Source: Squalus acanthias
Lineage: Eukaryota
DNA: 64,000 nt
Direction of reading: 5' to 3'
Assembly: GCA_030390025.1 (NCBI GenBank)
Contig: CM059433.1
Span: 6,138,001 to 6,202,000, forward strand
The notes beneath the pieces are model-generated. The model had not been told where the DNA came from and made no database searches. It was given only the letters and a program-made list of their open reading frames with translations. Each line of letters opens with the position of its first letter. The first letter of the stretch is position 1. The position numbers were made by a program, and so were the translations under genes. Positions 12,601 through 24,860 of this stretch are shown here, piece by piece.

Positions 12601-15600
12601 CACGATAAAAATAACAACCCTCGCTATTCCATAAAGCACTTCCTTGTCATTATTGTTTCTGATCAATCACTGGGAAAAGTTATAGGGGGAAAAATTGGGT
12701 ATCACCCATTTTGGGGCGCTAATATCGGCCGGGCGGAAAGTTTAGCGCCCGGCGCTAATTATCGCCTCCGACTGCAAAATTCGTCTCTATCGCCCCCTGG
12801 AGGTGATTTGAGCACTAAATCAGGCGCTACACACCTCTCTTAAGGTGCAAACGTCAGGGAGCGAGGCGCTACCTCAGAACACTACCGAAGCTCAGGCGAT
12901 GTCCGTTACCATGGAAGCCAGACAGACTGGCGCCGTCCAGTTCTTAAAGGGGAGGGGCCATCTTGCTGGCCAGCCACTCCCTGCTCATTGCAGCCTTGAA
13001 TCTCAGCCTGGAGAGACCTCGAAAGCAATTGTGTTGGAAGCACTAATGAATAGGCCCAGGGAAAGAGCTCAGTGCTTAGGAATCTCAAAAGTGGTGCTGA
13101 GGGCCAAACTCCTTAGGACAGCGTTAAATCTCTCCAGACGTCTCTCTCCCTCTCAATCTGTGTGTACCAAACATGTTGCCGACAAGAAAAAGCAGGAAGC
13201 GCACGCCTTTAAATAGCGCTCCCCCAGCCCCTTCCCAATTTGAAAACATTCCCCTCTACCTGTCGTTCGTGGCGGCAGGTGCTAAGGCAGGGAGCGCGAC
13301 TCAATATCTGGTCTGGGGCGCTACCGGGGCGTTGCACGCTTGACTGACGTCATGATCTGCGGGCGCAGGAGATCGTGGCAGTAGTGTTTAGCCCCGCCGC
13401 AAAACGACTGGTCAATCTCGCGAGCGGCGCTAAAATCGCCACGCTCGGGCGCTAAGTTCGTAGCGCCCCGTTAGCGCCCCCCGGAGGCGCTAACGCGAGG
13501 CGCTAACCAACCGTATTTTTCAATGGGGATTTTCAGTTGTTTCAGTGGTGATGATAAGAATGTTGAAACAATGTGGAGTGCATTGAAAGTAACAACAGTT
13601 AATGTCTGCTTTCTACAAATGACAGAACATTCAGTGGAGTTCACTAAGGGTCATCAAACCATTAAGTGACCTTTCGAAATACACTACAACAAATACCAGG
13701 TGGATACTGTGAATGTCTCAACTTTTTTGTCTTCAGTCCTATAAGAGAGGAAACCAACACAGTATTGTTGTTAATAATGGTGACTTTAGGATCAGCCACC
13801 ATGAAAAAGCACTTGGTGAGTTAATACTGTACTAACTGTTTTATATATATATATATATATATCTATACCTATCCAGAAAACTGTCCACATTTTCTCTGTC
13901 TAAAAAGAGTCTGGGAGAAATTCCTTGGGGTTCTCCTGCTGTAACTTCAGTGGAAATCAGTGAAAACCCCAGAGAAATGTTGTGTGTAAATAACCATTTC
14001 TTAGCTGTTTATGCCGATCTTGCGCCTGAATTAACAGCAGGAGATCGGAATAACCCACCCAGAAATCCTAGAGGTCAATGCCCTGTGTTGCTGAATAAAA
14101 GGAGTCGAGGTGGAAAAATGTCAGTTGTTGCTTCTCCGATGGTTTCAGGTTTGATCTTCATCTGCGCCCGTTTTACAGAAGTGCAACCCACCATATTGGA
14201 TTGGGCTGCTCCGTAGATGTCCAGGGTGCACACCGGAAATATTAAGCAGCCTAAAATAAAGGTCTTCTGCTTGCTCTCGGATCCTTTTAGGAAATTGGTC
14301 TGCCCCAGTGCCTGACTTGCCATGTGATTAACTTGCCTATTAAATCATGGCGCCAATGCTTAGCAAGAACCTTGCAGGAATACTACTTAAAGGGCTCATC
14401 CACTCCATACAGGGTAGTTGCTCATTTGTTCTCTTAGGCTGCTAGTTAACTTGTTGGCCTTTTTTGGGGCTATTTTGTCTGCTCCGCAAGTGATTCTGAC
14501 TTCTGGGAACAACTTTGTGCTGGCGCTGGACTGCTTCATCTGCTTTGGAAAGTGTTTATTCTAGCCATGAGAGGTCTAGTCGGTCTGCCTTTGGGGCTGG
14601 AGGAGGAGGGGGAGCAGTGAAGAAGACAGGGGATAGCAGGAGCAGCCATGAAGAGGGAGGAGGAGGAGGACAGCGCGCAGGAGGTCATAACCACACCAGG
14701 TCTTCAGAAAGCATTTCTTATACCCCAATTTCACTGAGGAGCAATGGATGAGGCGCTTTCGCTTCACCAAGGAGGCTGTCACCGGGCTGTGTCACCTGCT
14801 GCAACCATATCTGGAGCCCTAAACCAGGGCATGGACAGCACTGTCTGTGGCTGTCAAGGTCATCGTAGACCTCAACTTTTACACCAAAGGGTGCTTCCAG
14901 GCTGCAGCAGGTGACGTCGGCGACATCTGTGCACCGCTGTATCAGGGAGGTCACCGAGGCTCTCTACACCAGGAAGAGCACATGCATCACATTCCCCATG
15001 GACAAGGCAAAGCAGGATGAGAGAGCAGTAGGTTTCGTCCACATTGCAGGCTTCACCAGGTGGAAGGTGCCAAAGACTGCACCCACATTGCCTTGCATGC
15101 ACCCCATCACCAGCCTGGCAAATTTCTCAATAGAAAGGGATACCACTCTCTGAATGTGCAGCTTGTTTACGGCCAGAAGGGGCGTGTAACACAGGTCTGC
15201 GCCTAGTTTCCAGGCAGCAGTCATGCTTCATTCATCCAGTGTCATTCCTCTGGGTTGCCTTTATTTCAATGAAGCCGCCAGGTCACAGGCTGGCTACTCA
15301 ACAAGGGATATCCCCTCCGGACGTTGCTTATCCCCTCCGGACATTGCTTATCCCCTCCGGACATTGCTTATGACTCCTATCAGGAACTCGGCCACAGATG
15401 CACAGTATGCCTACAATGAAAGCCATGCCGCCACCAGATATATCGTTGAGCAGACCATTCGGGAGGATCTCTGCAGTATACCCTAGACTGTGCTTCCAGA
15501 TTTGTGGTCGTCTGCTGCATGCTGCATAACTTCGCTATACTGAGGGACCAACCCTTGACACCACCTGGGCAGCAAGAAGTGGAGAAGGTGGAAGAGCAGG

Positions 15601-18600
15601 AGCAGCATCGGCCATCAGTGCCACTAGCTGCCAGAGCTCTTAGAGAACAACTGATACGAGAGCGCTTCACCTGAACCATCCCTCCCCTCCCCGTTACACC
15701 AACAGTCCAGCCACCCTTATAACTACCATCCTTACAACCAGCATCTGATTGCTCTCCTGCAGCCCAGCCTCATGGGTCTTACGCTCACTTGACTACTGTC
15801 CTCACAACCAGTCAGAGATGCTCGGTTTCCCACCCACACAAACAGGCACACAGCAAATAAGCAGTGCAGGTATTGCTGGCTGCGCGCTTGGCACATGGTA
15901 ATGAGGTCCCAGTATGGATTTCACATGGTCTCTGCACCCACATGAACAGGTGTGGCACACCCGTGTGCCCGTTTTCAGGGGCGAACACATTTCTAGGCCA
16001 ATGTGTGATTAACCAAATTATATTGGCTACATAAACTGAGCAAAACTCAGAGCACCACTACAGATTTTCAGGCACAAATACAATGGATGACATAGTGCAC
16101 AAGTGGTTGCACATCTATAGCGATGCTCCGAATTTTGAAGGAATCTGAAGCACCAAATGATCTGGCTAGTAGAATTGAGGCAAAATTATTCAATGTGCCC
16201 AATTTTCAATTGGCAAGTTAGGTATAATGAAGCATATTCTACAACCATTTGGTTATGAAGTAGGCCTTCTTCCCTACATTTCTTGACTGTCACCAAGTAA
16301 TATTAAAGTAATAGCCAGTAGCCATCTGCACTGGGAATAGGCATAGTAAGATTGCAGATTCAGCATTTCAAGTAGCACAATATTCCTAATTCACTGGTAT
16401 GAACCTTCTTTTTTTAATAATTAGCAGTTGATTAAACCTGATTACTCTCTGGTCAATGAAGTGGAGATCAGGAGACTGGTGCTACCCTTAGTGCTGGTGT
16501 GCTCAAGCTCACAATGAAGAAAACAGAAACCAGATCATCAATGTTAACAACTGATTAGCCATTAATATGGTTTTCTAGTCCTTTACAATTTTCAAAAGTC
16601 CCATCTCAGTGTGCAGTTTAAAGAACGTTCCCTTGTTGCCAATCACATATGTAGAAAGGTATCTTTAAACAGGCCAGACTATTCTCAGTTGTTTGAAAAT
16701 TAATGTTCAACTTCATCTAATCAGGCTGCTAATGTTCAATCACTGATCAAATATTAATTTAAATGTCAGGATTAGTGATCCTTCTGCATAAATGTCAGAT
16801 CTGTACAAGTATCACAGGGCCCAGTACCACATCGAAATCACTACCAACTGCAAGACATTATTAGACAAGATGTTTTGTGTATGGGTATTATTTCTGGAAG
16901 AGACTTCACTAAATGAAAATGTGTACTGATTGAAAGAAATAAAGTGTACTGATTGGAAAGATATACATTAGAAATAAGAGTTAGGGCTTAAAGGCATGAT
17001 TATTTTAAATACAGGAGTATAATACATAACAAATATACTCACCATCATTATTGCAGGGAACTTAAAAATAGTTTAAAAGCATTCAATTTTTGAATAATGT
17101 ACATCACACATCTTTCAAGGCTGCAGCATCTTGTTGAGTAAATTTCACTTTTAATGGGCGTGTACTACAGTATATTTTTCGAACCCACCTCCATTAGCCA
17201 ATAGGTTTTCTTGAGCTTTATCCTTGGAATCCTCCATAATATCTGCTGTGTACTGTGCCAGCTTCTTTACGATGCTTAGATCAAACACACATAAACAGAA
17301 CCAATTCTTTAAGTAACCGACTGTAAATATGGTAAGAAATCATTTGAAATAAACATTTAAATTAGTGAAAGAATAGATCTCTGTAGAATATTAGCTGCCA
17401 TTGAAAATACCCCTTAATCATTTGACATGAAGAGTGCTGGTGCTAAATAGGCTTCATCCTGCACTTTTTCTTTGCTCTGTTTCCTGCCGCACACCAGCCC
17501 CAAAGGGGAGAGGGATAAACCTGGCAACTACAGGCCAGTCAGCCTAACGTCGGTAGCGGGGACATTTTTAGAGACAATAATCTGAGACAAAATTATTTGT
17601 CACTTGGAAAAATATGGGTTAATAAATGACAGCCAGCATGGATTTGTTAAAGGCAAATCGTGTTTGACTAACTTGATTGAGTTCTTTGATGAAGTAATGG
17701 AGAAGGTTGGTGAAGGTGGTGTGGTTGGTGCTGTATATATGGACTTTCAAAAAGCATTTGATAAAGTGCCACATAATAGACTTGTTAGCAAAATTGAAGC
17801 CCATGGGATTAAAGGAACAGTGGCAGCGTGGATACAAAATTGGCTAAGAGACAAAAAGCAGAAAATAATGGTGAATGGTTGTTTTTCAGACTGGAAGGAA
17901 GTGTGCAGTGGTGTCTCCCAGGTGTTTGTGTTAGGACCACTACTTTTTTGACATATTAATGACTTGGACTTGGGTATGCAGGACATAATTTCAAAGTTTG
18001 CAGATGACACAAAACTCAGAAATGTAGTAAACAGTGAGGAAGATTGTAACAGACTTCAGGAGGACATAGACAGACTGGTGAAATGGGCAGACAGGTGGCA
18101 GATGCAATTTAACGCAAAGAAGTGTGAAGTGATACATTTTGGTAGGAAGAATGAGGAGAGGCAATATAAACTAAATAGTACAATTTTAAATGGGGTGCAG
18201 GAACTGGGGGTGTAAGTACACAAATCTTCGACGGTGGCAGGACAAGTTGAGAAGGCTGTTAAAAAACCATATGGGATCCTTGGCTTTAACAGGGAAAGAA
18301 AGACTTGCATTTATATAGCGCCTTTCACACCTCAGGACATCCCAAAGCGCTTTACAGCCAATGAACTGCTTTTGAAGAATAGTCACTGTTGTAATATAGG
18401 AAACGTGCCAGCCAATTTGTGCACAGCAAGCTCCCACAAACAGCAATGTGATAATAACCAGATAGTCTGTTTTTTAGTGATGTTGATTGAGGGAAAAATA
18501 TTGGCCAGGGCACCAGGGAGAATTGCCCTGCTCTTCTTCAAATTGGTGCATGGGATCTTTTAGGTTCACCTGAGAGGGCTGACGGGGCCTCGGTTTAACA

Positions 18601-21600
18601 TCTCATTCGAAAGATGGCACCTCCGACATTGCAGCACTCCCTCAGCACTGTACTAAGGTGTCAGCCTAGATTTTTGTGCTCAAATCTCTGGAGTGGAACT
18701 CCATAGAGACATAGAATACAAAAGCAAGGAAGTTATGCTAAACCTTTATAAATCACTGGTTCGGCCCCAGCCTGACTATTGTGTCCAATTCTGGGCACCA
18801 CACTTTAGGAAGGATGTCAAGGCCTTAGAGAGGGTGCAGAGGAAATTTACTAGAATGGTACCAGAGATGAGGGACTTCAGTTATGTGGATAGGCTGGAAG
18901 CTGGGGTTGTTCTCCTTAGAGCAGAGAAGGTTAAGCGGAGATTTAATAGAGGTGTTCAAAATCATGAAGGGATTCGATAGAGTAAATAAAAAGATTTTTT
19001 TCCAGTGGCAGAAGGATCAGTAACCAGAGAACACAGATTTAAGGTAATTGGCAAAGGAACCAGCAAATTTTTTTTACGCAGCGAGTTGTGATCTGGAATG
19101 CGCTGCCTGAAAGGGTGGGGGAAGCAGATTCAATATTAACTTTCAAAAGGGAATTGGATAACTACTTGAAGGGAAAACATTTGCAGGGCTATGGGGAAGG
19201 GGCGGGGGAATGGGACTAATTGGATACTTCTTTCAAAGGAATGGCCTCTTCTGTGCTGTATCATTTTATGATTCTATAAACTGCCTTACTTCTGTAGATC
19301 TTTCAACCTAATCAAAAGCAGCAAAACTCAGTCAATGAATGAGAGACCATAGATTTGAATAGTTGAAGCTCAAAGTTAAATTGATGCATTAGTAAGAGGA
19401 CAACATTTTGCCACAACAGCTATCTGCATTGGCAACTTTTACTGACAATATTTTTTTACAAATTGTTACCGAGAGAAGGGACAGAAGAAAAGCTAATTTC
19501 CCTTTTGACGAGAGCATATTGGTACACAGATCTTAAATTTTAAAGAAATACTTTTGCCAAAAACTTGAAACAATCAAAAGGTAACTAAGTAAGCAAAAAG
19601 ATATTTCTATAAGAAAGCAACAATTAAATGTGTTATTTATTCTGAAACATGGAGCACACATGGTTAAAAAAATAATTCCTAACACACTGAAGTAATATTT
19701 GGACAATTTCAATATTGTTAACAAAGCCATTGAAAAAGTGCAACCAGGTTTACAAGAACTGTAAAAGTGTATCCGATTTCCATACAGCAAAACAGAAGAA
19801 AGCTATGGCCTATTGGTAAGCCCCCTCCCCATTTCTTATTATTAAATTGCAATAGACATAACAGGGCTGAAGTTCCTTAGTTGTTCCAGTGAGAGGCTGT
19901 AAAATCCACCAGGACCCAGTTACACTGGGTTCTGGCCTTACTTGGCCAGTTAAGAGTGGAACCACTTACAAGGTAAGGTGCAGCTGTATCAGAGGGGGTA
20001 GGGCTAGTGAGTGGGTTCTCCCTATTACTGGCAGTTCTCATGCCCTCCACATCACAGTGACTCAACTACTCGAGTGAGAAGAGGTGTACCAGCCTTCTGA
20101 AGGACACAAATGGGCCCCACTGGGAGGGCGGGGAAGGTCCAGGCTGGGATTGTGGCCTGGATTCCCAAAGATTGAAGAGGTTTTTTTTTGGTTTATGAAA
20201 CTGAGGCCCCTTATAGAGGAGGCTGCTTAAAGCTAAATTTCCCTGGTTTTATAGGAGGCACCGACACCCTCTCCCCTAGACCTGGTAGCAGGGCTAGAAT
20301 TCTAGGCGGTTTGGGGCAGGTTGGCGCCTGAGATAGCCCCCAACAGTGGCGGTATGTATAGCACAGGAAGCTGCTGAATAAAGCATCCTCTACTCTGGCC
20401 TGACACTGTGCTTTAGTTCCAACCTCAGAGAGCGTCACAGGCTCGAGGGGCTGAATAGCCTACTCATGTTCCTATGTTCCTAAGAGTGCCCCACTGCATA
20501 AATTATGTTTTCATTTTCCACACCAGTCATCCTTGTGGCCTCTCTGAATGATAATTGACAAATTTAGTGCCAAATTAGTCAAGTTAATGCTAGGGGTCCA
20601 TGACCATCAGGAATTCGGTTGAGACTGCTCAAACACATTTCATGTAGGACTCTTACAGCTAGAGCAAAGAGAAGACTTGTATTCCATCAGTCTGGGTGGA
20701 TTCAACCGCAAACGCCAGAAGAGAAAGGACAGTGTGTCAGAAAGTGGTGACGTCAGGAATCACTTCTTCACACAAAGGGTAGTGGGAATCTGGAATTCTC
20801 TGTCCAATAAAGCTGTTGAGGCTGGGGGTCAGTTGAAAATTTCAAAACTGAGATTGATAGATTTTTGTTAGGTAAGGGTATTAAGGGTTACGGGACCAAG
20901 GCAGGTAGATGGAGTTAAGATACAGATCAGCCATGATCTAATTGAATGCTGGAACAGGCTTGAGGGGCTGAATGGCCTGCTCCTGTTCCTATGTGCGCGA
21001 ACCCTCTGGGCCACCCAGTCCTCCAGTATCTTTCAAAATCCCTAAATGTCACTTTTGAATTGCATGTAAACTGATGCTGTGAGGGAGATACTTTGGTTCT
21101 AAAAAAAAAATGTATTTAATACACATAATGTTATTTCAATATTTTGTCCTAGTAACAATTAATTAGTGTTTAATTTACATTTTAAAAATTCAAACTATAT
21201 CCTGCTGCTGAAAGACTGGTAACAGCCTTTAATCATGCAATGAAAATAGTACATTTCTGGCTGCAATTATGTGCTGTGTGTTTTACTACATTTTTCTTTC
21301 ACTAACGTGCAGGATAATCATTAATAGAAAAGAAAACTCTTCATGTTAATCACCAACAAGTGAAATATAATTAAACAGCTATTGGCAATATTTTGTGATG
21401 ATGTAATACTGCTTACTACAAGACATAGGGAAACTATAAATGCCAGGACGAGGGCTTTTTAATTGTACTTTATCGAACATAAGGGGAAAAAATGACAACA
21501 TTCCAGATTCTATCAATCGGTAGTGGTCGCTGCAGGCACTTCCATGCAAGTAATACGAAATGTAACTATACCATTCAGTGAACCAGAATGCTGAAGACAG

Positions 21601-23173
21601 TGGATTTCTCCCTGGAGTGCTACATATGGACTGTTGCCTGTAGTACAGCATGCTGTATCTGGTCCTTGATGAAGGGCAGCAAATGAGCAGGAAGGGAACC
21701 ATGGTTTGATGTGATTTAACAACTAGCTGTAATTATGTGGCCCTCTGATGCACAGAGGACTTGGTGGCATACTATTGTAATTTGATTAGACTTTTGTGTA
21801 TCAATGTGTCGCCTGAGTTGGTCCGTACATTTGGAGTCATGGTCAGAGGGCTTAAATTAATAACTTTCTGACTCAAAGGCAAGTGTGCTACCAACTGAGG
21901 CAACGTTGATCAGAGATCAAGTCCGGGAGATTAATGGCTCAGTAATATATCAAGTAATGCATTTACCCACGAAGCGATTGGGGAAGACCGATATTGTTTC
22001 CTTTTAATTATATTTTTTGGCTTGACAAAATATCTCAATTTTCTACATCCTTTGCCCTCTGCAAATCTCTCAACGGGATAATAAATAAACTTGTGCAGAT
22101 TAGTCTGGAATTATATTTCAACCTGGAACACACTTTTTTCATTTATTTTACATATATTTGTGATTCACAACGTTTCAAGCATTTAGTTATATTTAAATAA
22201 CATTGAAAGTAGTGGTTAGAGATCAAAAATGTTCTTAAGGCAGATTTACCACATGTGTAAGGCAAACTTTTATATTCTGCTTTCACAAGAAAAGCCACTA
22301 GATTTTAACATTGCCTGTCCCTTTAACTTTTTATCATTATCCGTTTATATTTTTCATCTGTATGTCACCTTGTCTGCTGGGCTGCGAGTGGTTCTGAGTT
22401 TGGCTGTCAGATGAAACCAGAGCCTTGCAGATCTCTGTTGCTATGCGGTGACATCAGTTTGGATAAAGCTGCCTAAACCGAGTTAAATCTGCACTAGGTC
22501 AGTTTAGGACTAAGGAACAAACAGTTACACAGCAGGACACCCTTGCACGATTCAAACACGCTTTAAAACTCGTTTGTATACAGTAAATAATGTATGTTTT
22601 TACCCTTCAACAAACGTATCAAGTTTTCCTAGTTCATCCGAGAGTCCGACCAATGAATCTAATGTCCCCACCTAAGAGAGAATGGAGAACATCATGACGT
22701 TTGTTGCTGATAACAATTAAACTATGTGAAGCAGTGAAATAAGAAACCCCAAACAATCACATGACTGGACTTATTAAAAATGTGCAATCAAGTCATTTAA
22801 AAAAATAATAAATGCAATTTAAAAAAGTTTGAAACTGGGAATAAAGTAATGTAATGGTCACATGACGGAAAAGGGAAATGTAACCGAGCTGAAATAACCC
22901 TGCTCCATAAGATACTGAAGTGTTTGATAAACTGTATCCCCATTACATTATCGTCGCACGTCCTGTTAGAAAGCCCAGCTACAGTGCTACAACCTTCAGT
23001 TTAAAGGTTTCTCTACAGGTGTCTTGAGCAGAAATAGAAGCTACCTTGAGTTCAGGGATCGGGAATTTAAAATTATTCGATAAACTGGCTTTTTCAGTTA
23101 CAGTGTTCATTCTTTCCCATATTTGTTGGTTCGATTTGTCTACCGGGGCCGAAATTAACCAGTATTCGCTCAT
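6550..23173 (-). CDS. ATP6V1C2: V-type proton ATPase subunit C 2, partial multi-exon gene span (3' exons lie left of the window)
   Basis: Spliced exons (129+68+86+95 nt) give [10 protein letters not shown]...ERMNTVT...[18 protein letters not shown]...FQWDMAKYP; the ERMNTVT and [12 protein letters not shown] residues and adjacency to NOL10 favour C2 over C1. Confidence 0.93.
6815..7226 (+). mobile_element. L2 LINE 3' end
   Basis: [28 protein letters not shown] motif, followed by an L2-type tail ending AAAGTTGTTGTT. Confidence 0.88.
8465..8922 (+). mobile_element. tRNA-headed SINE-like element consisting of the head and 3' tail of the LINE at 29460-32209
   Basis: A-box-like TAGCATAGCAG at ~8470, B box GAGTTCAAATCC at 8536-8547; body matches the reverse complement of ~31930-32209; tail AGGGATGGGCAATAAATGCTGGCCTTGCCAG shared with the LINE. 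Confidence 0.85.
8990..11170. mobile_element. Decayed PIF/Harbinger transposon: transposase on the minus strand (~9900-11049), convergent ORF2 remnant on the plus strand (~9260-9800)
   Basis: HARBI1-like motifs [44 protein letters not shown]; the ORF2 peptide ([12 protein letters not shown]...GSALG) resembles 58710-59012; LINE tail inserted at ~10410-10497. Confidence 0.85.
11626..12037 (+). mobile_element. tRNA-derived DeuSINE (SacSINE1/AmnSINE1-like)
   Basis: A box TGGCTCAGTGG, B-box-like GGTTTAAGTCC, Deu-domain-like CATTGCTGTTTGTGGGAGCTTGCTGTGTGCAAATTGGCTGCC, L2-type tail. Confidence 0.85.
12685..13521. mobile_element. Non-autonomous Harbinger element, same family as 53016-59295 in opposite orientation
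   Basis: Starts GGGGGAAAAATT; right end GGCGCTAACCAACCGTATTTTTC closely matches the reverse complement of the left end at 53016; many GGCGCTA/TAGCGCC subterminal motifs. Confidence 0.8.
14570..15673 (+). pseudogene. Decayed Harbinger (HARBI1-like) transposase within an element of ~13910-16000
   Basis: Frameshifted motifs [56 protein letters not shown]; 20-bp triplication at 15309-15368. Confidence 0.85.
17189..17274 (-). CDS. ATP6V1C2: ATP6V1C2 coding exon 3 (86 nt)
   Basis: ctaag|CATCGTA...AATGGAG|gtgggt; [28 protein letters not shown]. Confidence 0.93.
17503..19277 (+). mobile_element. CR1 LINE, 5'-truncated (RT and 3' end)
   Basis: [55 protein letters not shown]; stops and frameshifts present. 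Confidence 0.95.
18295..18700 (-). mobile_element. DeuSINE (SacSINE1-like) nested in the CR1
   Basis: Reverse complement of 11626-12037; CR1 sequence resumes at ~18703. Confidence 0.85.
20745..20993 (+). mobile_element. CR1 LINE 3' end
   Basis: [16 protein letters not shown] motif and tail GAATGGCCTGCTCCTGTTCCTATG. Confidence 0.85.
22604..22671 (-). CDS. ATP6V1C2: ATP6V1C2 coding exon 2 (68 nt)
   Basis: cttag|GTGGGG...GAAGG|gtaaaa; [23 protein letters not shown]. Confidence 0.96.
23045..23173 (-). CDS. ATP6V1C2: ATP6V1C2 first coding exon (129 coding nt; exon probably starts at 23214 after a CAG acceptor)
   Basis: [43 protein letters not shown]|gtagct; a pyrimidine tract and acceptor upstream imply a non-coding exon 1. 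Confidence 0.96.
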
Positions 23174-24389
23174 GTTGTCCTGTGACGCTTTGGAACGCGG
23201 GCTCTTCACTGCACCTGTGTGTAAGAAAGAGTTTTTAGAAAAAAAAAGTCTGACAGAGTGAATGAACCTCAAAGTCATCATCTATGTACAAACCATCTGC
23301 CATTCAATGTCGACACTAAATTAATTGCTCGGACTTCAACTTGAACTAGGAGACCAGACCACCGGTTTCAATGGAAACTGTCTAACAACCAATCCTGGGA
23401 TAGAAAAAGGGGGTCTTTTGACACAAGCTTGGAGGATTCATGACACTGTCGATAGTGGGGTTATCTATCTCCTTCAACACAGGACTGATTTCACTGTATA
23501 AAAATCTGCTTGACGATCCACATACCTTGATCTATACTACTGTGTCATAAACTGTGATAAATCACCACATTTACAGTGCAAAATGTGAACAGTTAAATTA
23601 ACACACAAGTGCTGACTGTGTTTCGGCTTTTGAAGTTCAATGTAAAATAACACAATTAACAAACTGCACATAAAAATATTCGCGAGACTAAACAATTACT
23701 TTTACAATTAATTACACCTATTAGAAGACAATTCCACTGCATATAGTAAAATAGGAAAGTTCACAAAACTTATTTTCTGTTCCTCACCAAAAGAACAGTC
23801 ATGTCTTTATTGGAGCGGAATAAATACTGTACCATACTCACTATTGTAGCCAGCCAGATCAGATCCGTCTTTCGCAATTCTTGTTCTTTATATGCAGTTT
23901 TATATGGTTTTTTTCTTTTTTAAGAATTGCTGGTTGTGCTGAAGAGTTCGGTTGTTGTATTCGCTATGGAAGCATTGAAAACTATAAATCAGGTAGATTA
24001 CGGCCTCCTGCCACAATTGAACTGCTGCATTACATATAAAATATATATTTTTTAATGAATTGTGAAATAAAAAGAAACGTCATTCACATTACCTCAGAAT
24101 TTACTGGACTTGGCAGTGTCCCTGGGGGAAATTAAAAAAGTAATAGTCTCCTTGCCTCTCAGTTTTGCAATCCCCTTGTCATTTCGTTCAGCGAATAATA
24201 TTCAGTGATTGCCGATGAGTTGTTAACAACTGACTTTTGTTGTGTGGCTGAGCGGGTGAGTCCTGTCACTGAGAGCTGCTCTGCTCTGCTCTGTCTGAAG
24301 TTGCTTGCCTGGGCTCCCCTCTCTCTGCTCTGGAACTCCAACGCTTCGATACAACAACAACAACAACAACAAAGAAAAAATGTTACAGG

Positions 24390-24860
24390 TGAGGCAGCAG
24401 GCGCATCTCCTGGTGCGCAGAACTGGCTGCGCAGCGCGCCGCCCCCCCCCTGATTAACATAAACCACGCCCCCCTTATTTGCAAACGCCAGCGGGGCGGG
24501 GCGGAGGCGCGTCACATTTGCATATAACGTCTGTTGGGGTTGGCCTTTGAACTCTGCGCCGCCTGGCGGGGGGGGGAGTTTGAGTTCGTGGGAAGAGGCC
24601 GCACGAGGCGCGGTTGTCGCTGTCGCCGCAATTAACATTGTCGACTGACGGCTGAGGAGAAAATGCAGGTCTCCAGTGTGAACGACGTGAAGATTTACAA
24701 CCTGAGTCACGGCAGGTCGCTGCCGGAGGTGAGCGCGCTGGAGCTGGGGAGGGGATTGGGGGTGACGGTGGGCCCGGGGCCTGGGGGGACAGGCGGGCTG
24801 AGGCAGGCAGTCTGTGCAGTCACCATCGCCGCTGATAGCGGCAGCCCCTGAGTCGGAAGG
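24390..24860. promoter_or_regulatory. CpG-rich promoter of NOL10, probably bidirectional with ATP6V1C2
   Basis: High CpG density in a CpG-poor background; GC box GGGGCGGGGC 24493-24502; octamer ATTTGCAT 24516-24523; TGCGCA/GCGCGC NRF1-like motifs ~24414-24440. Confidence 0.8.
24663..24728 (+). CDS. NOL10: NOL10 exon 1 (66 coding nt)
   Basis: MQVSSVNDVKIYNLSHGRSLPE|gtgagc. Confidence 0.97.

Noticed and set aside
21655..21700. TTGATGAAGGGCAGC resembling a hammerhead core
   Set aside because: Lacks C3, a closing helix II and the GAAA box
6550..23173. Alternative assignment as ATP6V1C1
   Set aside because: The 129-nt first coding exon, the ERMNTVT and [12 protein letters not shown] residues and linkage to NOL10 fit C2 better; a phylogeny would confirm
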